34,204 bases of DNA from the NCBI GenBank assembly GCA_035568055.1, contig DATMOV010000183.1:1-34204 (forward strand), read 5' to 3'. Numbering within the stretch: the first letter of the stretch is position 1; the number at the start of each line of letters is the position of its first letter. Source of the DNA: Cytophagaceae bacterium. GTDB taxonomy: Bacteria; Bacteroidota; Bacteroidia; Cytophagales; Cytophagaceae. Both the position numbers and the translations under genes were made by a program. Below the pieces are notes generated by a model. It was given only the letters and a program-made list of their open reading frames with translations. It did no database searches and was not told the DNA's origin. Below, one piece after another: positions 1-9,012 of this stretch.

Positions 1-1151
1 CCAAGAATTGGTTCTTGATTTTTAATATTTAGTTTCTGGTCTGCCAGGTATTGGAGCGATGTATTGTAATTATGCAAACGTTCTATTACCAGCGCTTCAC
101 TATAAGTAGCGAAGGCTTCATGAATCCACATCTCGCCATGATCAGCCACGCTCAAACTATTCCCCCACCATTCATGCGCACTTTCATGTACAATAATATA
201 ATCTAATCCGGGCATATCAGTTTTGAAATGATTTCCATACGCAATCGCTCCCTGGTGTTCCATTCCCCAATAAGGAGCTTCCACAAGAGCATATCCATCC
301 CTGTAAAATGGATATGGTCCGAAGAGATTTTCATAACACAGCAGCATAGGTTTTACTATATCGAAGTGTTTTTTTGCTTTGGAGAGATTGTAATCAAGCA
401 CATAATAATCCAGGCCCAAAGTCTTACCTTCTTTGTTTTTGAGGGAGTCATTGAAATGAGAATAATGGCCGATGTAGAAAGTCACATTATAATTGTTGAT
501 AGGGTAATGTACCATCCAGCTATAAATGCTTTTACCGGGAATGGTAAATACTCCGGTTAAATTTCCATTGGAGATGCAGCTTAATCCTTCCGGGACGATA
601 AAAGACATGCTCATGCTATCGGGCTCATCAGAAAGGTGATCCTTACACGGCCACCATACACTGGCGCCTATGGCTTCACATGCGACTGCCGCCCATGGGC
701 GCCCTAGACTGTCTTTGCTCCAGACGATGCCGCCATCCCACGGAGGATTAGCTGCTATATGAGGACTCCCGGAATAATAAATAGTTATAGAATCTTCTTT
801 TCCCTTTTGCTGGGTGGATGCAAATTGTATATAAACTGCATTGCTATCTCTCTTGAATGAAATAGATATACCGTGATGCATGACTCTATGAATATACATG
901 CCAGCGAAAAGGTCAACCTGCATTTTATCAAAATCTTCCACCGTTGTGTAGCGAATCATGTTTGAACCTAAAATTTTTTTCTGGAGAAGGTCAATTTTAA
1001 GATTGAGATCGTAGAATTTTACATCATAGCATGAACGTAGACTATTCAGTTGACCCCTGACTGAATCGGAATGAGAAAAATTTTGGGTGAAAGAAGGGAA
1101 ATAAATAAATAAAAGAAGGATTCCGGATATTATTTTCACGCGGAGCCGCAT
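1..1151 (-). CDS. M1-family zinc metallopeptidase (aminopeptidase N-like), secreted; the C-terminal part lies beyond the window edge
   Basis: Absent from the supplied ORF track because there is no stop in the window. My reverse-strand translation from the ATG (rc of cat at 1149-1151) stays open to position 1. It gives MRLRVKIISGILLLFIYFPSFTQ (signal peptide), WGMEHQG (GxMEN-type exopeptidase motif), VHESAHEWWGN (HExxH, rc of ~159-188) and EMWIHEAFATY (distal Glu ligand). Confidence 0.8.
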   Translation of the reverse strand, partial: MRLRVKIISGILLLFIYFPSFTQNFSHSDSVRGQLNSLRSCYDVKFYDLNLKIDLLQKKILGSNMIRYTTVEDFDKMQVDLFAGMYIHRVMHHGISISFKRDSNAVYIQFASTQQKGKEDSITIYYSGSPHIAANPPWDGGIVWSKDSLGRPWAAVACEAIGASVWWPCKDHLSDEPDSMSMSFIVPEGLSCISNGNLTGVFTIPGKSIYSWMVHYPINNYNVTFYIGHYSHFNDSLKNKEGKTLGLDYYVLDYNLSKAKKHFDIVKPMLLCYENLFGPYPFYRDGYALVEAPYWGMEHQGAIAYGNHFKTDMPGLDYIIVHESAHEWWGNSLSVADHGEMWIHEAFATYSEALVIERLHNYNTSLQYLADQKLNIKNQEPIL

Positions 1152-1159
1152 GGAAGCAA

Positions 1160-1534
1160 TTATTTTCTAATGAGCTTAAGTAATTCTTTTTGCACAGACC
1201 AGTCCTTGGCTAATTTTAAAATAGCAGTGGCTTCCATCTCACTGATGTATCCTTTGGTCCTGGTTGACTCCCATACAATGTTTAGATAAGAAACTTTGGT
1301 ATCGACATCGTATGTGGCTATAGTCTGCCTGAAGAATTCTCTTGCTCTTTCAAACGAAGTGTTTTCGTCCTTGGCAACAAACTCTTCAACCCATTCAAGA
1401 TCCTTCATACCGTCAATATCCTGCGCATCCTTCTGTAAGATTTTCTTTTCTTCAACATCCAATCCGTGATAGTTGAAGATGATAAATTTTAATAATAAGA
1501 GCGCTTTTTTCTGTTCTGCTGTCATCTCTGGCAT
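1160..1534 (-). CDS. Hypothetical small acidic protein, possibly TerB-like fold
   Basis: 124-aa ORF that ends 9 nt before the M1 peptidase start and lies on the same strand downstream of hemW. The segment GYISEMEATAILKLAKDW weakly resembles TerB-family helices. The functional call is tentative. Confidence 0.45.
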   Translation of the reverse strand: MPEMTAEQKKALLLLKFIIFNYHGLDVEEKKILQKDAQDIDGMKDLEWVEEFVAKDENTSFERAREFFRQTIATYDVDTKVSYLNIVWESTRTKGYISEMEATAILKLAKDWSVQKELLKLIRK

Positions 1535-1577
1535 TTAATGCGTACCAAATATAATATTATATTTAGTTTTTATGTTT

Positions 1578-2702
1578 TCAAATCAAAAAAAGATCATAGA
1601 TAATCTTATCCGCCAATAGCTTACCTTTATCAGTCAATATTAGAATTCCATTATTATTTATCAATAATTTATCAAACTCCATTTTGTTTATTTTTGATTC
1701 CTGCCTTAAAAAATCAAATTCAGGCTTACCCTTTAGTAAATTAAGATCACAACCCCATTTGGTTCGCAGGCTGGTAATCAGATATTCATTGATCTTATCT
1801 TTCTCAGTTAATTTCTCCACAGTTGCCGGGATCTGTCCATTTTCAATAGCTTTAATATAGGCAGGGTTATTAGAGATATTATACTGCCTTTCTCTTCCAT
1901 TATAGGAATGTGCGCCAGGGCCTATCCCAAGATAATTTTTTCCACTCCAGTAATTGCTATTATGCCTCGAAGTATAGCCGGGAAGAGAAAAGTTAGAGAT
2001 TTCATAATGTTCAAACCCGTGAGTTTGTAATGTCTTCATGAGAATTTCAAATTGCCGGGCAGCCATTTCTTCATCTATAGGCTTAATGATTTTTTTCTGA
2101 AGCCATTTTCCGAATACGGTTGATTTCTCAATAGTAAGGCAATAAGAAGAAATATGTCGAATGCCAAGTCCCAGAGCAATCTCAAGATCTTTTTCCCATA
2201 TCTCGTAATTCCCGGCAGGTATTCCATAAATAAGGTCTATGCTGATGTTGTCAAAGCCCGCTTGTTGCGCTTTCCTTACACAGTTAAAGGCATCCTGGCC
2301 GGTGTGTATCCTGTTTAAATATTTGAGATGATCGTCATTAAAAGATTGAACGCCTATGCTGAGCCTGTTAATGCCGCTTTTTTTAAGATTTGATATAGTA
2401 ACCTCATCCAGGTCATCGGGATTGGCTTCCAGAGTTACTTCAGCCTTGCTGCTGATTTGGAATTCCTTATGAAGGCTTTCAACAATTTCACTTAGTTCCT
2501 TATGAGACAGTAGGGAAGGTGTTCCCCCACCAAAGTAAATAGTTTTTAATTCCTCTTTTTCAAGATAAGATGATTGCATCTCAATTTCTCTGCAAATCAT
2601 TCTGAGCATCTGCTCTTTTAAAGAAAGATTGGTTGAGAAATGAAAATCGCAGTAATGGCAGGCCAGCCTGCAGAATGGAATATGTATATATATGCCGGGC
2701 AT
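1578..2702 (-). CDS. hemW: Radical SAM heme chaperone HemW / oxygen-independent coproporphyrinogen-III oxidase-like protein
   Basis: 374 aa. N-terminal YIHIPFCRLACHYCDF carries the CxxxCxxC radical-SAM cluster motif. GGGTPS and LSIGVQSF motifs and a HemN_C-like C-terminus are present. The length fits HemW rather than HemN. Confidence 0.9.
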   Translation of the reverse strand: MPGIYIHIPFCRLACHYCDFHFSTNLSLKEQMLRMICREIEMQSSYLEKEELKTIYFGGGTPSLLSHKELSEIVESLHKEFQISSKAEVTLEANPDDLDEVTISNLKKSGINRLSIGVQSFNDDHLKYLNRIHTGQDAFNCVRKAQQAGFDNISIDLIYGIPAGNYEIWEKDLEIALGLGIRHISSYCLTIEKSTVFGKWLQKKIIKPIDEEMAARQFEILMKTLQTHGFEHYEISNFSLPGYTSRHNSNYWSGKNYLGIGPGAHSYNGRERQYNISNNPAYIKAIENGQIPATVEKLTEKDKINEYLITSLRTKWGCDLNLLKGKPEFDFLRQESKINKMEFDKLLINNNGILILTDKGKLLADKIIYDLFLI

Positions 2703-2730
2703 TTAATCTTTCAAATATAATATATACAAA

Positions 2731-4506
2731 ATGCTATTTTTGATAAATAGTTTCGTTTATATACAGGTGCTGAAAATTTATTTCATCTTTTTTTCTTTTT
2801 TTCTCTTTGCTTCAGTGCAAGGACAAAATATTTTTTTACTAAAAGTTATCCCGGTTGATCACCAGGAAGTTTTTAAGCGGCTTAAGTATAAACAGAATTT
2901 TCCGGATTCGCTTTCTCCGCGATTTGAGCTCTCCCGCATGGTCAATGCTCTGCATAATGAAGGATACCTCTCTGCCAGCGTTGACAGTATATTATACGAA
3001 TCAAAAAATGTAACTGCATTCCTTCTGACAGGAGAAAAGTACGAATGGTCATCTCTCCGCAAAGGGAATGTCAATGATCTTGTGCTGGAAAAAACCGGGT
3101 TCAAGGAAAGATTTTATAGAAATGAACTTTTTCATTATCAGGACTTTGCCCGGCTGGAACAGAAAATTATACAATATGCGGAAAATCATGGATTCCCATT
3201 CGCCAGTGTTGGACTTGATTCTATACAGATTGAAGGTAATACCATATACGCTGTGTTAAAATATAATCAGGGGCCTCTCATTATTTTTGATACACTTGAT
3301 GTACAGGGGAAAAGCCGGACAAAAAAAAGATTTCTCGCAAGGCACCTTCGTATTCTGGCCGGCCAACCATTTAGCCAGGAACGGATCACAAATATGGATC
3401 GTCTGCTGCGCGAGCTTCCATATATCAGCAAGAGCCGGGAACCAATAATTGTATTCAATAGAAACAAAGCAAAGGTCACCGTTTTTATCGAAGATAGAAA
3501 GACGAATCAGGTAGATGGCATTATCGGATTTCTGCCAAACTCTGCTACCAATAATAAACTGCTGGTAACGGGTGAAATTAACATGAATCTGAAAAATCTA
3601 TTCGGGACAGGAAAAAATATTCAGGTAGAATGGAAAAAATACCAGCAACAGTCTCAGGTATTGAACCTTGTTTACGTGCAACCCAAGCTTCTCGGGTCTA
3701 ATCTTGACCTAAATCTAAATCTGAATCTTCTGAAACAGGATAGTACTTTTATTAATGTTGATCGTAAACTTACCCTTATTCAAAACTTGAGTGGGCGTGG
3801 GAAAGTGAGCTTCATTACCGGGCTTAAAACTTCTCGTCAGCTTATTACCCCAAATAACGTCATTGACTCCACCACGCTCCCTGCTTTTGGAGATTTTGAT
3901 TATTACACTTATGGTATAGGATACAATTGGAATAATTTAAATGATTTACTATATCCTCACCAGGGATGGGCTATTTCATTGCATGGCTTTGTTGGCAATA
4001 AAAAAATAATAACCAGTAACACAATTAATGAAGGCATTTATAAAAACCTTCATGTTCACTCAATACAGTTTTCTTTTACTTCTAATATTGAAAAATATTT
4101 TAAGCTAAGTAAAAAAGGAGTGTTACTGACCCGACTGAATTCCGGCAGTTTGTTCAACAATAATAATATCTTCTTAAATGACTTATTCCGGATAGGAGGG
4201 TTGAAGACATTAAGAGGCTTTAACGAAAACAATTTTTTTGCTTCAAGATATGCCGTTGCAACTGTAGAATACAGATTTTTTACCGATGAAACTTCTTACC
4301 TGCTTCTTTTTTATGACCAGGGTTATATTTATAATCAGCTTGACTTGCTGCATCGGCAGGACTATCCTCTTGGTTTTGGGGCAGGGATAAGTTTTTTGAC
4401 TCCAGCAGGCGTATTTAATTTTATTTATTCATTGGGCGCTTCTTCTTCCCAGAAGTTGAGCTTTAATCTTTCCAAGATCCATTTTGGTCTGGTTAGCCGC
4501 TTCTGA
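2731..4506 (+). CDS. Omp85/BamA-family outer-membrane protein (POTRA + surface-antigen beta-barrel)
   Basis: 591 aa with a hydrophobic leader (FIFFSFFLFASVQGQ). A POTRA-like segment (ERITNMDRLLRELPYISKS...KVTVFIEDRKTNQVDGIIGF) is followed by alternating beta-strand sequence ending in ...HFGLVSRF, the aromatic terminus typical of OMP barrels. The true start may be the GTG at 2767. Confidence 0.75.
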   Translation: MLFLINSFVYIQVLKIYFIFFSFFLFASVQGQNIFLLKVIPVDHQEVFKRLKYKQNFPDSLSPRFELSRMVNALHNEGYLSASVDSILYESKNVTAFLLTGEKYEWSSLRKGNVNDLVLEKTGFKERFYRNELFHYQDFARLEQKIIQYAENHGFPFASVGLDSIQIEGNTIYAVLKYNQGPLIIFDTLDVQGKSRTKKRFLARHLRILAGQPFSQERITNMDRLLRELPYISKSREPIIVFNRNKAKVTVFIEDRKTNQVDGIIGFLPNSATNNKLLVTGEINMNLKNLFGTGKNIQVEWKKYQQQSQVLNLVYVQPKLLGSNLDLNLNLNLLKQDSTFINVDRKLTLIQNLSGRGKVSFITGLKTSRQLITPNNVIDSTTLPAFGDFDYYTYGIGYNWNNLNDLLYPHQGWAISLHGFVGNKKIITSNTINEGIYKNLHVHSIQFSFTSNIEKYFKLSKKGVLLTRLNSGSLFNNNNIFLNDLFRIGGLKTLRGFNENNFFASRYAVATVEYRFFTDETSYLLLFYDQGYIYNQLDLLHRQDYPLGFGAGISFLTPAGVFNFIYSLGASSSQKLSFNLSKIHFGLVSRF

Positions 4507-4559
4507 TTTTTTATTTGTTAGTAATAAAAGATTAAATTGCGTGACTTAGCCTCAGACGC

Positions 4560-5618
4560 ATGGAATATTATCATCTGGCACTTTCTTTCATCTGGTCTTT
4601 TCTGATCGCGGTATTTGCAATTCCCTCGATTATTCATGTAGCCCATGTCAAAAACCTTCTTGATGAGCCCAATCTGAGAACTATGCATGAGTCCCTTACA
4701 CCCAGGCTTGGTGGACTTGCGATCTTCGCCGGGTTCATGTCTTCGTTGACTATATTCGGAGACCTCAATAACAGTGTTCAGCAATTGCTTGCCGGCTGTA
4801 TAGTGATTTTTTTTATCGGTCTTAAAGATGATATCGTATCAGTTTCAGCATTTAAAAAGTTTTTTGTCCAGATTTTGGCAACAGGTATTATCATGTTTAT
4901 GGGTAAGATCACAATATCGAACTTTCAGGGAACTTTAGGAATATTTGCCTTGGAAGAAGAAACCAGTTTTCTATTTACATTCATAGTAATTATCGGGATT
5001 ACCAATGCTATAAATCTAATTGATGGGGTTGACGGGCTTGCGGGGGTGATTATTCTGATAGCAGCCTCTGCTTTTGGAGTTTATTTTTATCGGCATGGCG
5101 GAGCGTTTACATCATATGCTTATGTGTCATTTGCGCTCGCAGGGGCTATCATCGGGTTTCTCCGATATAACCTGCATAAAGCAATTATATTTATGGGAGA
5201 TACCGGTTCGTTGGTATGCGGCTTTATCGTTTCTATTCTGGCGATTCAGTTTATTGAAATGAATGCCACCGCCGGAGGGGAAACTAATTCTCCTGCTATT
5301 GCAATAGCTATTCTAATCATTCCCATAATGGATACAATACGGGTTTTTATTCTTAGAATATTAGCTGGCGTATCTCCGTTTTCACCGGATAAAAATCATA
5401 TCCACCATAGGCTTATTACATTAGGTCTTTCTCATTTAAATACAGTTTTAATTTTAGCAGCTATAAATATTGCAGCCATAGCATTGGCGGTCTCTCTTTC
5501 CTTTCTTAATACCACCACCTTGGTAATAATAATATTAACTTATGCATTTCTTTTTAGTATTATAGTTGAAATCCTAGTTAGAAACAGAAAAGGAAAAGCT
5601 AAAGAAACGAATGTCTAA
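4560..5618 (+). CDS. Glycosyltransferase family 4 (MraY/WecA-type undecaprenyl-phosphate sugar-1-phosphate transferase)
   Basis: 352 aa and polytopic. It has the hallmark motifs GLKDD, NAINLIDGVDGLA, FMGDTGS and a cytoplasmic HIHHRL loop. Confidence 0.85.
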   Translation: MEYYHLALSFIWSFLIAVFAIPSIIHVAHVKNLLDEPNLRTMHESLTPRLGGLAIFAGFMSSLTIFGDLNNSVQQLLAGCIVIFFIGLKDDIVSVSAFKKFFVQILATGIIMFMGKITISNFQGTLGIFALEEETSFLFTFIVIIGITNAINLIDGVDGLAGVIILIAASAFGVYFYRHGGAFTSYAYVSFALAGAIIGFLRYNLHKAIIFMGDTGSLVCGFIVSILAIQFIEMNATAGGETNSPAIAIAILIIPIMDTIRVFILRILAGVSPFSPDKNHIHHRLITLGLSHLNTVLILAAINIAAIALAVSLSFLNTTTLVIIILTYAFLFSIIVEILVRNRKGKAKETNV

Positions 5619-6750
5619 AATACTCATCATATTTTTTGTTATTCTGGCAGACTTCTATCCTTCTTACTGCGTTTCTTTCTTTACAAAGGATTCGCTCGAT
5701 AAAAATATTGTAAAAGATCTTTCCGATGAATGGTTGGTGTTTGACAGAAAGTCCAATTCGTATGTCCCATTTCTTGAGAGGCCCCACTTTTATCAGGCAC
5801 TTTCAAGAAAGATAGATCTTGAAAAATACAGGGAGTATAATCTTAATTTTATTGCTGATCCGGGACTAAGCCTTTTTATTAATAATAAGCTTTATTATAC
5901 CAATCCTACCAGCAGGATTTTTTTTGTCAGATTTTCATTAAATTCCATTCCTCAAGGTAAATTCAAAACTGAAGATTTAATTACTTTTTATAATTCACGA
6001 AAGGGGTTACCGGAAAAAGACTGTTATATAGGGCAGGATCTCCAAGTCAAAAATGGATATAAGGAAACAACACATTTATTCCCGGAAATTTTGAAAAAGA
6101 AGTTCCAGGGAGATAATATTTTTATAGTTCTGTTTCTGATCATTATGTTTCTTTTTGGACTGGTTAAAAATAAGTACCCTAAGAAATTTATGGAATTTTA
6201 CGATTATTCAAGAATATTGCCCGTTTCTGCTCCGGAAGACAATTTTATTCTTGAGATTTACAGTATTCCTTCCATTCTTTTTATTCTTATCAATGCGGTT
6301 TCTTGTTCTTTGCTTTTGGGGATAGTCGCGGAAGGAAGACAAACTTTGTTTGGATTATCATATGCCTCGGTTGGCGGGATTTTGATTGTCGCAGGAATCA
6401 CAATAATGATTTATTTTATTAAATATTTTTATTTAAAAATGTTAGGAAACATTTTTAATCTCCGGCAAATAATAAGGATACAGTTTTTTGAGCTGATAAA
6501 AGTATCTTCAAAGTTGAATTTAGTTTGCGTTCCCCTAGCTCTGTTTTTTTTCTATTCAAGATCAGAAATGCTTGAAATATCTTACAAATATTTCCTCTAT
6601 ACTTTGATACTTTGCGGATTAATTGCGGTTATAAGAATCTCATTTCTAATTTTTAAATACTCAAATTTTAGAAATATTTATTTATTTTCTTACCTTTGCA
6701 TTACGGAAATACTGCCTTTAATAATCATCATTAAAGTAATATTATTTTGA
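5611..6750 (+). CDS. Integral membrane protein, DUF4271-like
   Basis: 379 aa with an N-terminal leader, a soluble domain and about 6 C-terminal TM helices. It overlaps the upstream transferase gene by 8 nt (ATGTCTAA). From memory, the position just upstream of hemD matches a conserved Bacteroidota DUF4271-hemD pairing. Confidence 0.55.
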   Translation: MSKILIIFFVILADFYPSYCVSFFTKDSLDKNIVKDLSDEWLVFDRKSNSYVPFLERPHFYQALSRKIDLEKYREYNLNFIADPGLSLFINNKLYYTNPTSRIFFVRFSLNSIPQGKFKTEDLITFYNSRKGLPEKDCYIGQDLQVKNGYKETTHLFPEILKKKFQGDNIFIVLFLIIMFLFGLVKNKYPKKFMEFYDYSRILPVSAPEDNFILEIYSIPSILFILINAVSCSLLLGIVAEGRQTLFGLSYASVGGILIVAGITIMIYFIKYFYLKMLGNIFNLRQIIRIQFFELIKVSSKLNLVCVPLALFFFYSRSEMLEISYKYFLYTLILCGLIAVIRISFLIFKYSNFRNIYLFSYLCITEILPLIIIIKVILF

Positions 6751-6793
6751 ATTATTCTGATATAAGTTCAACGAAAATAGGCAAACAAACAGA

Positions 6794-7588
6794 ATGAGTG
6801 AAACTAAGATTAGGGAAAAAGAATCTAAAGACAGATATACTAAAGTTACTAGCATATTAGTCACACAGCCGAAACCTTCAGATGAGAAATCACCATATTT
6901 TACCTTAGCGAAAAAATACAATATAAAAATAGATTTTCGTCCATTTATTCAGGTTGAGTCAATTGGTTTGAAAGAGTTCAAGAAACAAAAGGTTGAGGTG
7001 CTGGCGCACACTGCAGTAATATTTACAAGTCGTAATGCGGTTGATAATTTCTTTAAAATATGCGCAGAAGCTAAGATCGAAATACCGGCAGATATGAAAT
7101 ACTTCTGTATTTCTGAACAGACTGCTAATTATCTTCAGAAATATATTGTGATCAGGAAGAGAAAGATATTTACCGGTCAGAAAACCTCTAAAGACCTGGA
7201 AGAGATTCTTAAGAAACATAAGACAGAAACCTTTCTATATCCATGTTCAAATATCAGGAAGGATGATACTCCGGCCTTTTTAAAAGAAAATGGATTTAAA
7301 TATGATGAAGTCGTTATTTATAAAACTGTGGCAAGCGACCTTTCGGACCTTGCCAATGTAAACTATGACATTATAGCATTTTTCAGTCCTTCAGGCGTAC
7401 ATTCTTTATTTGCCAATTTCCCTGATTTCAAGCAGAACAAAACCCGTATTGCGGCATTCGGCCCTACTACAGCCAAAGCTGTAACTGATGCCTCACTAAT
7501 ATTGGATATTGAAGCTCCATTACCCAATGCGCCATCAATGACTGGCGCTTTAGAACTGTATATTAAAAAAGCGAATAACATTAAATGA
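6794..7588 (+). CDS. hemD: Uroporphyrinogen-III synthase (HemD family)
   Basis: 264 aa with the two-lobed HEM4 pattern (ILVTQP...AVIFTSRNAV...IAFFSPSGV...IAAFGPTTA). Confidence 0.8.
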   Translation: MSETKIREKESKDRYTKVTSILVTQPKPSDEKSPYFTLAKKYNIKIDFRPFIQVESIGLKEFKKQKVEVLAHTAVIFTSRNAVDNFFKICAEAKIEIPADMKYFCISEQTANYLQKYIVIRKRKIFTGQKTSKDLEEILKKHKTETFLYPCSNIRKDDTPAFLKENGFKYDEVVIYKTVASDLSDLANVNYDIIAFFSPSGVHSLFANFPDFKQNKTRIAAFGPTTAKAVTDASLILDIEAPLPNAPSMTGALELYIKKANNIK

Positions 7589-7747
7589 TTAGTTTCGTAT
7601 AAAGCAGACAATGTTTTCATAAAAAGCAGGCAATATATTGTTAAATTCAAATTTTTTATATTTTAGTTCATATATTCAATTTTAATATTTAGATTTAACG
7701 TTTTAGATTCGAAAAGCAGGGATTATTAGAACATTATAACAAAAGTT

Positions 7748-8803
7748 ATGAGAAAGGTCAGGGTTATATTTTTATCTGGTATTTTATTTTTGATGAGTAT
7801 TGTTTCTTATGCTCAGCAAGATGCACAGTGGAGCCAGTATATGTTCAATAGCTTATATTACAATCCAGGTTCAGCGGGGATTGAAGGAGTAACCAGGTTT
7901 AATTTTATTTCCAGAACTCAATGGTTAGGCTATAGTCCTACACTTTATAGTGGAGGATCCCCTAATACACAAATTCTAAGTGTGAACAGTCCTATACCTC
8001 CGGTTTTTAATAAAAAACTTCAGCACGGAGCCGGTTTTTATATGCTCTATGACACCAAAGGGCCGCTTAAAAATCTCGATTTTCAATTTTCATACGCCCC
8101 TCATTTTAAATTGGGTAAAGGAATCCTCGGAACAGGTATCAGAGTAGGATTTACTTCACAGAAAATAGACGGTAGTCAGTATAGAGTTGTTGACCCGCAA
8201 GATCCTATATATGCAATTCTTACGAGTGGTAATAATAGAATTACTCAAAACGCACCTGACTTTGCGGCAGGTCTCTGGTATAAGACAAATAAATATTACG
8301 GAGGGATTAGTTTTGATCACCTTACTCAGTCTAAGCTTACCTATGCGCGAAATGGGATAGCATTTAATACCAATCTGGCTAACCACATGTATATTACAGG
8401 AGGTTATAATTTCGATATGGGGTTATTAAGAATAACACCAAGCGCTCTCATTCAAACTGATTTAAACGAACTCACCTATTTATTCGGAGGGCTGGTTACA
8501 TATAATAATAAGTTTTGGGCAGGGCTAAATCTTCGTCAGTCGTTTGCCCACAGAGATGAAGCTAAAAAGGGTAAAACTTTCAGCAATGATGATATAATAA
8601 TGTATGTCGGATTTAATGTTCTTAAAAATAAAAAAGGGGAGGATGCATTGAGGATAGGCTATTCTTTTGATTTCGTTACAAGTGGATTATCTGCAAAGAA
8701 GAGAACCTCCCATGAGATTATGCTCTCATATATGATGGCTTCACTAATTGGTCCTCCAAAACCAAAAGTCAGGACACCGAGATACAGACATGATGAAAAT
8801 TAA
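7748..8803 (+). CDS. porP: PorP/SprF-family type IX secretion system outer-membrane protein
   Basis: 351 aa. The signal peptide ends in YAQQ and is followed by the family signature QWSQYMFNSLYYNPGSAG. Beta-barrel-like alternation runs throughout. It lies immediately upstream of gldKLMN. Confidence 0.85.
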   Translation: MRKVRVIFLSGILFLMSIVSYAQQDAQWSQYMFNSLYYNPGSAGIEGVTRFNFISRTQWLGYSPTLYSGGSPNTQILSVNSPIPPVFNKKLQHGAGFYMLYDTKGPLKNLDFQFSYAPHFKLGKGILGTGIRVGFTSQKIDGSQYRVVDPQDPIYAILTSGNNRITQNAPDFAAGLWYKTNKYYGGISFDHLTQSKLTYARNGIAFNTNLANHMYITGGYNFDMGLLRITPSALIQTDLNELTYLFGGLVTYNNKFWAGLNLRQSFAHRDEAKKGKTFSNDDIIMYVGFNVLKNKKGEDALRIGYSFDFVTSGLSAKKRTSHEIMLSYMMASLIGPPKPKVRTPRYRHDEN

Positions 8804-9012
8804 AAAAATTTAATTTGGATGTTATATTATTTAGTGCGATATTGTAACACCCAAAAAGAATTTATGTCAATTTAGTAAGTTTTATTTGGATTTTTATAAT
8901 AATAATTAATTAGTTGCGTTTTTTAATTTAAATGATTAACTTACGCAACCATTTATTATACATTTATTAAAGAATTTAAATAGTTAAACAGGGAAATTTA
9001 AATACTTAAGTT

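Noticed and set aside
228-560. 110-aa plus-strand ORF in the first kilobase
   Set aside because: It lies antisense to a continuous, motif-rich M1 peptidase reading frame (HExxH, GxMEN). Its sequence is low-complexity and hydrophobic with no recognisable features, so it is almost certainly spurious. The same applies to the other short antisense ORFs nested inside the conserved genes in the track.
2703-2766. Only 28 bp between the divergent hemW and Omp85-family start codons
   Set aside because: This is probably a start-codon artefact. The Omp85-family signal peptide fits better with the GTG at 2767, which would give a normal ~64-bp divergent promoter region.
3319-3328. Homopolymer tracts in coding regions as slipped-strand phase-variation sites (A8 in the Omp85-family gene; T8 runs near 6544 and 18993)
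   Set aside because: Runs of 8 are common in a genome this AT-rich and are shorter than typical contingency tracts. All are currently in frame.
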